A stretch of DNA of 64,000 nt from an uncultured bacterium. GTDB taxonomy: Bacteria; UBP4; UBA4092. The notes beneath the pieces were generated by a model. That model made no database searches. It saw nothing but the letters and a program-made list of their open reading frames with translations, and was not told the DNA's origin. Shown one piece after another: positions 39,266 through 49,846 of this stretch; within the stretch, counting starts at the first letter, position 1; the number at the start of each line of letters is the position of its first letter. A program made the translations under genes and the position numbers. The stretch spans positions 186,001 through 250,000 of the forward strand of contig CAZXWN010000002.1 of assembly GCA_964644695.1 (NCBI GenBank). Reading direction: 5' to 3'.

Positions 39266-39516
39266 ACCATTACATATTTCTGACCAATGAAGGGTTTACC
39301 TATCAGCCGGTGATAGATGGCACCTTGGACGATGATGAGAACAGGGTTGAGAACACTCAGGTATTGGGGTATGCTTCGGGGGTAAGTCCTGAGGATGCCT
39401 TTAATCATTTATTAGAGGAATCCCCCTGGATAAAAGAAACAACTTTTCATGAGGTATTCTCTGTTCCCTTAAGTTCTTCTTTCCCTGAAAATATTACTTA
39501 CCATTTATTACGGTAA
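39256..39516 (+). CDS. Hypothetical acidic protein coupled to the PLD-wH gene
   Basis: 86-aa ORF overlapping the upstream stop; YIFLTNEGFTYQP..ENTQVLG. Confidence 0.65.
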   Translation: MEINHYIFLTNEGFTYQPVIDGTLDDDENRVENTQVLGYASGVSPEDAFNHLLEESPWIKETTFHEVFSVPLSSSFPENITYHLLR

Positions 39517-39600
39517 TCTGTTTCTCATTTCCCTATCCAGCCCTTAATCAGATATGATGATTATTTGCGGTTTTATTTAATATTATTGAGGTGATAAGGA

Positions 39601-41709
39601 ATGGCTATACGCGTATCGGAAGGGAAACAGATTTTTTCAGTGGACACCTGCGGGATGTCCTATGTCTTTACCTTGGATGTTACAGGGTTATTGAGACATC
39701 TGTATTGGGGGAAAAAGTTAAATGATCCGGAAGAGTTTATCATCCATCCTGTTCCGGAGATTTCTTCGAATGACTTGCCTGTGGACCAGACCTGGGAAGA
39801 ATATACTCCCTGGGGCGGTCTCCGGTTCAAAGAGTCCTCATTGAAAGCCTCCTTCAGTGATGGGGTTCGTGATGTTGTCTTGAAATATGATGGCTATTCT
39901 GTGGAAGGTGACCATCTGGTCATCCGAATGAAGGATGCCTGTTATCCCTTGAAGGTGGATCTTCATTACCGTGCCTGGCCGGAATCTGATTTGATTGAAC
40001 GGTGGGTGGTTCTCGCAAATACCGGTACCGATCCCATTCTCCTGGAGAATGTCCAGTCCGGTGAATTTAATCTTCCCGGGACGGGATACCATTTGACGAA
40101 TGTCAGCGGCCACTGGGGTGTTGAACAACAGACCTTCCGTGAACCCATGCTGCCCGGGAAAAAGATACTGGAAAGCCGCCGGGGAACGACAGGCCATAAC
40201 CATAGTCCTTATTTTGTCATGGATAAATCGGCAGATGATGATCAGGGTGAAGTCTGGTTTGGTGTGCTTGCCTATTCTGGGAATTTCCGGATTACTGTAG
40301 AAGCCACTCCCTACCACACGACTCGAATTCAAGCCGGTATCAATAACTTCGATTTTTCCTGGAAACTTAAAGGCGGAGAGATTTTTCAGACTCCTTCCGT
40401 ATTTGCAGGATATACGACCGGGGGATTTGGTGAGATGTCCCGAACCCTTCACCGGTTTGCCCGAACCAACATCCTGCCTGCTGGATTCCGGGATAAGATC
40501 CGTCCTGTCCTTTATAACTCATGGGAAGCAACCGCCTTCGACATCGATTGTGAATCCCAGATGAAACTGGCCGAAATGGCTGCTGAGATGGGTGTTGAAC
40601 AATTCGTCATTGATGATGGATGGTTTGGGGCCCGCAACACCGATAAAGCAGGGTTGGGAGACTGGTTCATCAATAAACAGAAGTTCCCTGACGGATTGAC
40701 ACCCCTGATCAATAAAGTGAGATCTCTGGGTATGGAGTTTGGTATCTGGATTGAACCAGAGATGGTCAATCCAGACAGTGATTTATACCGAAACCATCCC
40801 GACTGGTGTTTTCATTTCTCCACCCGGGAACGCACTCCGTCACGGAAACAACTGGTTTTGAATATGACCCGTCCTGAGGTTCAGGAATATCTGTTCTCTG
40901 TCCTCAATGATTTACTGAGCCAAAACAATATTGATTTTGTGAAGTGGGATATGAACCGCCCCATTTCTGAACCAGGAGCTGATAATCTGGAGTCCGATGA
41001 CCGGAAATCTGTCTGGCACCGATACTCCCTGGCAGTTATAAATCTTTGTGACCGTCTCCGTCAACAACATCCTGCTGTCAGTATTGAAGCCTGTGCCTCC
41101 GGCGGCGGCCGGGTTGACTGGGGATCCTTGAGTCATTTTGACCAGGTCTGGACCAGTGATAATACGGAAGCACCTGACCGGATATTAATTCAGGAAGGAT
41201 TCAGCCTCATTTATCCGGCTAAAGCCATGCGTGCCTGGGTGACAGATTCACCCTATTATGTCAGTAAGAAAGTCATTCCTCTGGAATTCCGGATTAATGT
41301 CCCCATGTCCGGTTCTCTGGGTATTGGTGGAAATCTTCCCCATTGGACTCCGGAAATGCGGGCTCTTGCCAAAGAACAGGTGACTTTGTATAAATCAATC
41401 CGTCACATTATTCAGGAAGGTGATTTGTACCGTTTGAACTCTCTCCGAAAAGGGGATGGATTCCAGGCCCTCCAATATGTCAAAGACCAGAAAGAATCGG
41501 TGGTGTTCTTTTATCTCCTGGGGAACAGTCTGTTAAAGACGGTTTTCCATCTGAATCTTAAAGGTCTTAATCCCGAGAAACGGTATAAATTGACTGTCGA
41601 TGGGAATGAACTTGTGAAATCCGGCGATTATCTGATGTATGTGGGATTTGACCTCAAGGTCCAGGGTGATTATCAGTCCCGAGTGATTCACTTGTCAGTT
41701 GTGGATTAG
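39601..41709 (+). CDS. Alpha-galactosidase (GH36)
   Basis: YNSWEA, FVIDDGWFG, FGIWIEPEMVN, KWDMNR, CASGGGR, WTSDNT. Confidence 0.95.
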   Translation: MAIRVSEGKQIFSVDTCGMSYVFTLDVTGLLRHLYWGKKLNDPEEFIIHPVPEISSNDLPVDQTWEEYTPWGGLRFKESSLKASFSDGVRDVVLKYDGYSVEGDHLVIRMKDACYPLKVDLHYRAWPESDLIERWVVLANTGTDPILLENVQSGEFNLPGTGYHLTNVSGHWGVEQQTFREPMLPGKKILESRRGTTGHNHSPYFVMDKSADDDQGEVWFGVLAYSGNFRITVEATPYHTTRIQAGINNFDFSWKLKGGEIFQTPSVFAGYTTGGFGEMSRTLHRFARTNILPAGFRDKIRPVLYNSWEATAFDIDCESQMKLAEMAAEMGVEQFVIDDGWFGARNTDKAGLGDWFINKQKFPDGLTPLINKVRSLGMEFGIWIEPEMVNPDSDLYRNHPDWCFHFSTRERTPSRKQLVLNMTRPEVQEYLFSVLNDLLSQNNIDFVKWDMNRPISEPGADNLESDDRKSVWHRYSLAVINLCDRLRQQHPAVSIEACASGGGRVDWGSLSHFDQVWTSDNTEAPDRILIQEGFSLIYPAKAMRAWVTDSPYYVSKKVIPLEFRINVPMSGSLGIGGNLPHWTPEMRALAKEQVTLYKSIRHIIQEGDLYRLNSLRKGDGFQALQYVKDQKESVVFFYLLGNSLLKTVFHLNLKGLNPEKRYKLTVDGNELVKSGDYLMYVGFDLKVQGDYQSRVIHLSVVD

Positions 41710-41724
41710 AATCCGGTCGTGTTA

Positions 41725-41767
41725 GTCAAAATGGCGAAAATGACCCTGTCATTTTGTCATAATGGCA
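41725..41767. promoter_or_regulatory. Array of GTCA-WWW-TGNC-like boxes (putative enhancer-binding-protein sites)
   Basis: GTCAAAATGGC, GCGAAAATGAC, GTCATTTTGTC, GTCATAATGGC about 100-140 bp upstream of a -24/-12 promoter. Confidence 0.5.
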
Positions 41768-41866
41768 AACATGAAAGAGACAATTGCAAGTAAAGAAAAA
41801 AATAAAAAATAAATAATCATTGAAAATAAAAGAGTTAGGCGTAGTTTGTCAGAGTGATTCGGATTT

Positions 41867-41882
41867 CGGCACACTGATTGCA
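41867..41882 (+). promoter_or_regulatory. Putative sigma-54 (-24/-12) promoter of groESL
   Basis: CGGCAC-ACTGA-TTGCA. Confidence 0.65.
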
Positions 41883-42036
41883 TTTATATATCTCCGGTTG
41901 ATGAATTGGCCAGGTTGGAGTATCGGCTGAGGAAGTTAATCTGTTCTTTTTATAAGGCACTCAAGCGGGGCAACCCCCTGGAATGTCAATACAAAATTCT
42001 AAACGAACATAAACACAGAAAGGAGTCCCAAAAGGT

Positions 42037-42324
42037 ATGAAAATCAGACCGTTAGGAGACCGTATCCTGGTGAAACGAGTCCAGGAGGAAGAAAAGAGCA
42101 AAGGCGGAATCATTATTCCCGATACCGCAAAAGAAAAACCACAGCAGGGCATCGTTGAAGCTGTTGGCGCAGGCCGTCATGACGAAAGCGGCAAACTCAT
42201 CCCGATGGAAGTTAAGAAGGGTGACAAAATTTTGTTCGGTAAATATTCCGGCAACGAAGTCAAAATGGGCGATGCTGAAATGCTCATTATGCGTGAAGAA
42301 GAAATCCTCGGCATCATCGAGTAA
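42037..42324 (+). CDS. groES: Co-chaperonin GroES
   Basis: [30 protein letters not shown]. Confidence 0.98.
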   Translation: MKIRPLGDRILVKRVQEEEKSKGGIIIPDTAKEKPQQGIVEAVGAGRHDESGKLIPMEVKKGDKILFGKYSGNEVKMGDAEMLIMREEEILGIIE

Positions 42325-42353
42325 TTCTATCTAAACACAGAACAAAGAAATAA

Positions 42354-44009
<1,656 letters not shown>

Positions 44010-44041
44010 ACCGGTAACCGGTTGATAATGTACTACCTCAT

Positions 44042-44075
44042 AGGGGATGGTGGCTTCGGTCACCATCCCTTATTT
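44042..44075 (+). terminator. Probable terminator of groESL
   Basis: GGGATGGTG / CACCATCCC stem around GCTTCGGT, then TTATTT. Confidence 0.7.
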
Positions 44076-44143
44076 ATTGCCTCTTTGTTAAGTTTAAAAT
44101 CTCTATTGAGTCAGAACCTATCGGATAAAAAGTCCCGGAAATA

Positions 44144-44159
44144 TGGCATGGCGTTTGCA
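44144..44159 (+). promoter_or_regulatory. Putative sigma-54 promoter
   Basis: TGGCAT-GGCGT-TTGCA upstream of 44233. Confidence 0.65.
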
Positions 44160-44232
44160 TTACATATCAACAGGAAATCACTTAAAAAGGAAAAGTGGTA
44201 GAATATAAAGACTAAGTGAGGTGTAAATAAAC

Positions 44233-44511
44233 ATGCCAACCTACGAATATTACTGTGCCAAATGTGACAAAACCTTTGATGTATTTCAATCTATATCTGA
44301 TGAACCCGTAAAGAAATGTCCGGACTGTAACGGGAAAGTAGAACGGCTTATTTCTGGTGGAGCCGGGCTTATTTTTAAAGGTTCAGGGTTTTACATCAAT
44401 GATTATGGCCGGTCCAGTGAATACAAACAGAAATCCCAGGCCGATAAATCTGGAGGAAGTTCCGGATGTGGGTCCTGTTCGGATAAAAAGACCTGTCCCA
44501 ACGCTAAATAA
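44233..44511 (+). CDS. FmdB-family zinc-ribbon protein
   Basis: MPTYEYYCAKC...CPDC...FKGSGFYINDY. Confidence 0.9.
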   Translation: MPTYEYYCAKCDKTFDVFQSISDEPVKKCPDCNGKVERLISGGAGLIFKGSGFYINDYGRSSEYKQKSQADKSGGSSGCGSCSDKKTCPNAK

Positions 44512-44536
44512 GACATAATTGAAAAAAAAGTTTACG

Positions 44537-44572
44537 CCGGTGTCCAAATTGTGGACACCGGTTTTTCTTTTT
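44537..44572 (+). terminator. Rho-independent terminator
   Basis: CCGGTGTCCA / TGGACACCGG stem plus T-run. Confidence 0.8.
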
Positions 44573-44632
44573 AGAGCGATAATGGAAGAAATAAGCGTTT
44601 TATTCGTATAACCAATGGGGCTGGTATATTTC

Positions 44633-44661
44633 TTGACAGGTTATTTGCCTCATGGTAATTT
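44633..44661 (+). promoter_or_regulatory. Putative sigma-70 promoter of the 7-gene operon
   Basis: TTGACA-N17-TAATTT with extended TG; AAGGAG RBS before 44704. Confidence 0.6.
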
Positions 44662-44703
44662 CAGCCCATCAGCCGATGGTTTGAATGAAGGAGTTCTAAT
44701 TGT

Positions 44704-45933
44704 ATGAGCGGTGAAATTATTGTGGTGACTTTAGCCTTCAAGGCTTTAGAGATGGTAGGGGTAAATATAGCGGTCAGTAGTTGTTCAATGACTCTCCATG
44801 CCAAAATCAAGGAGAGTATCCAGAACGCCATGGATAAAATGGAAAAACAGGACGTATTGAAAACCGAGTGGTTAAAAGAGCGAAATAATAAAAACCAAAA
44901 TATTGATCACCTCAGAAAACAGCAGCAGGAACTTCAGCAGATAATGTCTAGTGTTCGATTACAGGAAATTGAGAACCTGGGGCTTGATACCAGCTGGATG
45001 AATCAGGTTGCAACTTATTTTATTCTTAAAAAAGAATTTAATTTACAAGCGGCCAGCCACCTGATTGGATTAAACAAAGAACTAAAAGTCTTGAGTGAAA
45101 AATATGGTGAATCCGCAACCTCACCCATACCGGCATTGAGTAAACGATTAGTTCAGCTTGTGGAGAAGACCAAGACCCAAAATGGATTAATGCCAGAGGA
45201 GATTTATCAATTCCGGTCCTGGATGGGGACCAGTATCCAGCATTGGCTGGATGAATTGGAAAACTTGGAACATCGTCAGGTGGAATTGATGAATGAGAGT
45301 GTTCTTCTGATGCAAGATGTTTTGTTATGGAAATCTATTTCGGAGAATACTCCTTTATGGGAACAATGGAATTCCTTATGGGAAAATCTTGAGATTTGGA
45401 ATAATCAACCTGTTTTATCCGGGGCAAAATTTTCGGAATACCGGGACAGCTACGAGCAGCTGAAACAAAAACAACAGGATTGGTTGAATGCAGAATCTCA
45501 GGAATGGGTGGTTGCTGATTTTCTTAAAATGCATCTGGCAGAACTGGGATATTTCTGTCACACGGATTTCCCGGCCCGATTAAATAGTGATAAGATGTCG
45601 GCTCGATTCCTGATTCCCGGAGGAGAGTATCTGGATGTTAATTTATATGCCACGGGTCAGATGGGTTTCCAGGTAAAACATGCTGGGGATAAACCGGAAT
45701 CAGAACTGGATTCAGAATCTCTGGATAAATTTCGCCGGCAGGAAAATAAATGGTGTGAGGATGCCAGGGAATTATTCCGCCTGATGGCTGAGGAAGGTAT
45801 CCATTGTGAAATAACCCTGGAACAAAATGTGCCGCAATCAAGTATCCCTATTGTAATTGTAGAAACAGCAGATGAACTGGCGGAAGAAGAAGCAGCCCGC
45901 AGGTCCGAATTGAAACAGAGGAAAATGACATGA
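44704..45933 (+). CDS. Hypothetical coiled-coil protein with small C-terminal alpha/beta domain
   Basis: Q/E/L-rich helical body; C-terminal LAELGY...ENKWCED...EEGI; ATGA overlap with next gene. Confidence 0.75.
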   Translation: MSGEIIVVTLAFKALEMVGVNIAVSSCSMTLHAKIKESIQNAMDKMEKQDVLKTEWLKERNNKNQNIDHLRKQQQELQQIMSSVRLQEIENLGLDTSWMNQVATYFILKKEFNLQAASHLIGLNKELKVLSEKYGESATSPIPALSKRLVQLVEKTKTQNGLMPEEIYQFRSWMGTSIQHWLDELENLEHRQVELMNESVLLMQDVLLWKSISENTPLWEQWNSLWENLEIWNNQPVLSGAKFSEYRDSYEQLKQKQQDWLNAESQEWVVADFLKMHLAELGYFCHTDFPARLNSDKMSARFLIPGGEYLDVNLYATGQMGFQVKHAGDKPESELDSESLDKFRRQENKWCEDARELFRLMAEEGIHCEITLEQNVPQSSIPIVIVETADELAEEEAARRSELKQRKMT

Positions 45934-47870
45934 TACATACCGGACAGGAAGCTCCACGATGGATCCGGGAATTAGCCCGGTTTTTACCATTAAAAAATCT
46001 GATATTTATTCATGGGAATATTTATGACCTGATTAATTATCCTGTGGAGAAACCTTCCGGTGAGGTGTATTGGACTGAGAGTACCCATCTGGAGCATTTT
46101 CTGGAGCGGTACTTGATGGACTGTGGGTATGAAATGGTAGGTATTGGAGACACTATTGATGGAATCTATTTCCCAAAGAATGAAATGCGGGATACCTATC
46201 GGAAATTAACAATGGGGAAAACTGTTGTTACCGGGACACAGGACAAACCCTTACAGGAACCTGAATCGGACAAGAAAGTCAGCCAGAAAAGACTGTTTCC
46301 CAACGACCCTTTGGTATTGATGGATGGGGTTAAGAAGTGTATGGAAAATACGACAGTCCCTTGTGCCTTTGTGATCAATTATGCATCACGTCTGGTATCT
46401 GATTCGAGTCATTTATCTACTCCGGAACGGCAGTTGATGGCACGGATACAAAAGGCGATGATGCAAAGCCGGATTGTGATTCGGGAAAATCAACGGTGGA
46501 GTAATGTCCTGATTTTAATCGTTGATAAACTGAACGATATCCCGCCCTTTTTATATTTAAATAACCCCCGAGGCCGTTCTGTTTTTATCAATCAGCCTGA
46601 TTATTTGGAACGGCAACGGTTTATTCGCCGGAACTATCCCTATTTTTATCAGGCTAAACCAGAGGGGCCTAACCCTGAGACATTGTCACTTTTTCCAATC
46701 CTAACTGAGGGTTTGTCTTTGTATGAGATGAAATCATTAATTCATCTTTCCATGTGTGAAAAGATTCCGATTGAAGACCCAATAACTCATAATCCACGAA
46801 TTAATAATATTTGTGAGATGTACAAGTATGGAATCATTGAAAGTGAATGGGACAAAATTGATCGACAACGGCTAGAACAGGCGGACAGTTTTATACATCA
46901 GAGAATCAAAGGTCAGGAATCGGCTGTTCATCGAGTCTTGGACATCATAAAACGTGCCCGTATTGGGTTGGCTGCTGGTTCCAGTACCAAACAAAACCGG
47001 CCTAAAGGTGTTTTGTTTTTTGCGGGACCTACCGGTGTTGGAAAAACAGAAATGGCAAAAACATTGGCGACCCTTTTATTTGGGGATGAAGACCGATGTA
47101 TCCGATTTGATATGAGTGAGTATTCTGCCGAACAGTCTGATCAAAGATTATTAGGTGCACCTCCGGGGTATGTGGGGTATGAGGAAGGGGGACAATTAAC
47201 CAATCTGGTTAAAAATAACCCATTCTCTGTTCTTTTGTTTGATGAAATTGAAAAAGCTCATCGTCATATTCTGGATAAATTTCTTCAGATTCTGGAAGAT
47301 GGACGACTGACTGATGGAAAAGGAGAAACTGTTTATTTTTCTGAATCCATCATCATTTTTACCAGTAATCTGGGGACTGTCAGCCGACCCAGCATGAATC
47401 AATCCGGAGTTCCTCTGGTGAACCCTGAAATGGATTATTCTGAGATTCAGAACAGAATACTGGAATCAATCCGGGAACATTTTATCTTTGAACTGGGTCG
47501 TCCTGAAATACTAAATCGAATGGGTGATAACTTTGTCGTATTTGACTATATCCGGCCGCCCGTGGACCAGGAAATTATTGATTTATTCCTCCAACGGTTA
47601 GCTGCAAGCATGGAGAGCATCCTTCAATTACAAATTGTGGTGATGAATCCTGTCAAAGAACGTTTAACCGCATTATGTCAGGTGGAACTTCAATATGGTG
47701 GCCGGGGTATTCGAAATGTGTTTGACAGTGTGTTGGTGAATCCTTTGAACCGATTTGTATTTGATACCAGTCCTGCTAAGGGGAGTACTCTTGTCCTTCA
47801 GCAGTTGCTGGATAGCGGCACTCCGAATACTAAAGAATATTCTCTGGATATACATGTTGATCCGGTATGA
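45930..47870 (+). CDS. ClpB/ClpA-like AAA+ ATPase with a single intact (D2-type) module
   Basis: IKGQ, FAGPTGVGKTE, RFDMSEY, LLGAPPGYVGYEEGGQLT, LLFDEIEKAH, RPEILNR, GGRGIR; no Walker A in the N-terminal half. Confidence 0.88.
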   Translation: MIHTGQEAPRWIRELARFLPLKNLIFIHGNIYDLINYPVEKPSGEVYWTESTHLEHFLERYLMDCGYEMVGIGDTIDGIYFPKNEMRDTYRKLTMGKTVVTGTQDKPLQEPESDKKVSQKRLFPNDPLVLMDGVKKCMENTTVPCAFVINYASRLVSDSSHLSTPERQLMARIQKAMMQSRIVIRENQRWSNVLILIVDKLNDIPPFLYLNNPRGRSVFINQPDYLERQRFIRRNYPYFYQAKPEGPNPETLSLFPILTEGLSLYEMKSLIHLSMCEKIPIEDPITHNPRINNICEMYKYGIIESEWDKIDRQRLEQADSFIHQRIKGQESAVHRVLDIIKRARIGLAAGSSTKQNRPKGVLFFAGPTGVGKTEMAKTLATLLFGDEDRCIRFDMSEYSAEQSDQRLLGAPPGYVGYEEGGQLTNLVKNNPFSVLLFDEIEKAHRHILDKFLQILEDGRLTDGKGETVYFSESIIIFTSNLGTVSRPSMNQSGVPLVNPEMDYSEIQNRILESIREHFIFELGRPEILNRMGDNFVVFDYIRPPVDQEIIDLFLQRLAASMESILQLQIVVMNPVKERLTALCQVELQYGGRGIRNVFDSVLVNPLNRFVFDTSPAKGSTLVLQQLLDSGTPNTKEYSLDIHVDPV

Positions 47871-48478
47871 ACCTTCGACTTTTTTCCATAGCTTATCCTG
47901 TGACTGCTCTTGGACCCGGGCGGCGGTTAGCGATTTGGGTGACCGGGTGTAAGAAAAGATGTCAGGGATGTATCAGTGTGGAAATGCAACCTTTTGATGC
48001 TGGACGGGATATTGATATACGGTATCTGGTTGATAAAATCATAAATCTTTCCTGTTCACTGGAGGGAATTACTATCTCTGGAGGAGAGCCTTTTTTACAG
48101 GCAAAAGCATTAGCCTATTTGCTCCGATTAATTAAAAGAGCCTATCCGAACTGGTCTGTTATTGTCTACAGTGGGTACACTCTGCGGACACTCCAAAAAC
48201 GGTATGAGGTGCATAATTTTATTAAAGAGATTGATGTTTTGATTGATGGGCCTTATCGGGAAGGTATTGCATCAAATCATCCTTTGGCAGGATCTGGGAA
48301 CCAAAAGGTGCATGCTTTGTCTGCCAAAGGTCAAAATATGATAAAGAGTTTAAATACACTTCCTCATGGGGTTGTTAATCTCGGTGTCACAAAAGACCAT
48401 TGGAATATGTTGATAGGGATTCCTTCTTCTTCCGGTCGTGGTAAAATCCATCAAGAATTGTTTGTTGGGAAGGATTGA
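47867..48478 (+). CDS. NrdG-like radical SAM (4Fe-4S single cluster) protein
   Basis: LGPGRR..IWVTGCKKRCQGC, GITISGGEPF, YSGY, DVLIDGPY, GSGNQ. Confidence 0.88.
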   Translation: MNLRLFSIAYPVTALGPGRRLAIWVTGCKKRCQGCISVEMQPFDAGRDIDIRYLVDKIINLSCSLEGITISGGEPFLQAKALAYLLRLIKRAYPNWSVIVYSGYTLRTLQKRYEVHNFIKEIDVLIDGPYREGIASNHPLAGSGNQKVHALSAKGQNMIKSLNTLPHGVVNLGVTKDHWNMLIGIPSSSGRGKIHQELFVGKD

Positions 48479-49047
48479 ATTTGGCGGAATATGTAAAAAT
48501 ATGTCCGGTCTGTGGGTATAAGAATTCTGAAGATTCTGATGTTTGTATTCAGGATAAAGTATATCTGGGAATGGTTCCAACTGTTCGTGAGGAGGATATT
48601 GATTCCATACCAGAGTCTGTTGCCAAAGAATTAGTCGATAATTCTGAACAGCCAGCAGCTTTGCCAACGATGCCAGAACCTGATAGTAAAATTCAATTCA
48701 AGATACCTGCTGTGTTATATCTTGAGATAGATGGGATGAAACAGGTTTTTCCGGTTAAGCCAGGGGATATTGCTGGACAGGCCTATCCGGGAAACACAGC
48801 TTCCATCCAAATTAGTGATGTGCCTTTTGTAAAGTATGTGCATCGTCAACATTGCCAGTTTGATGTACAAAATAGCGAGTGGACAGTGACAGCATTGGAT
48901 CAAGGTCGATTTGGAAAAGACTTTACAAATCCAACCCGACTTAATGGGGAACTCTTAAAATTAGGGACCCCATATCCTTTGAAACAGGGAGACCAGTTGG
49001 TACTTGGGAAGCTTACCTTGAACCTCCGACTGATAAAGGATGAATAA
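48475..49047 (+). CDS. Zn-ribbon plus FHA-like domain protein
   Basis: CPVCGYKN..C; FHA-like C-terminus (VHRQHC, NPTRLNG, LKQGDQLVLG); TTG start overlapping upstream TGA. Confidence 0.75.
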   Translation: MNLAEYVKICPVCGYKNSEDSDVCIQDKVYLGMVPTVREEDIDSIPESVAKELVDNSEQPAALPTMPEPDSKIQFKIPAVLYLEIDGMKQVFPVKPGDIAGQAYPGNTASIQISDVPFVKYVHRQHCQFDVQNSEWTVTALDQGRFGKDFTNPTRLNGELLKLGTPYPLKQGDQLVLGKLTLNLRLIKDE

Positions 49048-49846
49048 ATATTTAATCTATGGACATTCAGAAACGGGGAATGTCCGGCCAAATAATGAAG
49101 ACCATATCTTGTTGGGATGTTGTGTGCAAAATGATGGTTTTATCACGGTTGATTTCTCTTTATATGATGAAATGTATCAAGAACATGGACTTTTATTTGC
49201 TGTTGCCGATGGTATTGGTGGTGCCCAGGGTGGGGAAGTCGCTAGCCGCACAGCGTTAACTGAATTTTCAGATTTTTATTATTCAATGACTAAGAATATC
49301 CATTCAGCCAAGGAATGTTGCCTGGCAATAAGTCAGGCAGCAGATCATGCGAATCATGTTCTTATGAATATGGCCAGTAATGATCCTTCTTTACATGGTA
49401 TGGGATGTACTTTGTCGGGAGTATGTTTGACTCCAAAAGGCTACTATCTTTACAACGCAGGAGACAGTAGAGTCTATCGGTATCGTGAGCAGTTTTTGCG
49501 TCATATGACAAATGATGATACCTTGACTAGTTTTGCTTTAAAAAATGGGCTTATTTCTGACACGGAAGCTTTAACCCATGATGGCCGTCATGTCTTAACA
49601 AATTGTCTAGGTATTCAATCCTTCAAGCTTGATGTACATAAAGGACCTGAATGGAATGCTTCAGACATCTTACTCGTTTGTTCGGATGGATTACATGGGA
49701 TGGTGAGCCACGATTGGATGGAAGCTATTTTGCAAAAAGAATTTACCTTTCAGGAAAAAGGCGAACAGCTCGTAACGGCTGCTTTAGTTGCTGGCGGTAA
49801 AGATAACATCTCAATTATCCTGATAAAACCCTTATATGATGAATGA
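49040..49846 (+). CDS. PP2C-family Ser/Thr protein phosphatase
   Basis: GNVRPNNED, AVADGIGG..GGEVAS, MGCT, NAGDSRVY, CSDGL, GGKDNIS. Confidence 0.93.
   Translation: MNKYLIYGHSETGNVRPNNEDHILLGCCVQNDGFITVDFSLYDEMYQEHGLLFAVADGIGGAQGGEVASRTALTEFSDFYYSMTKNIHSAKECCLAISQAADHANHVLMNMASNDPSLHGMGCTLSGVCLTPKGYYLYNAGDSRVYRYREQFLRHMTNDDTLTSFALKNGLISDTEALTHDGRHVLTNCLGIQSFKLDVHKGPEWNASDILLVCSDGLHGMVSHDWMEAILQKEFTFQEKGEQLVTAALVAGGKDNISIILIKPLYDE

Noticed and set aside
41953-41980. CIRCE element before groES
   Set aside because: Only a GGCACTC half-site; no GAGTGCTAA arm.
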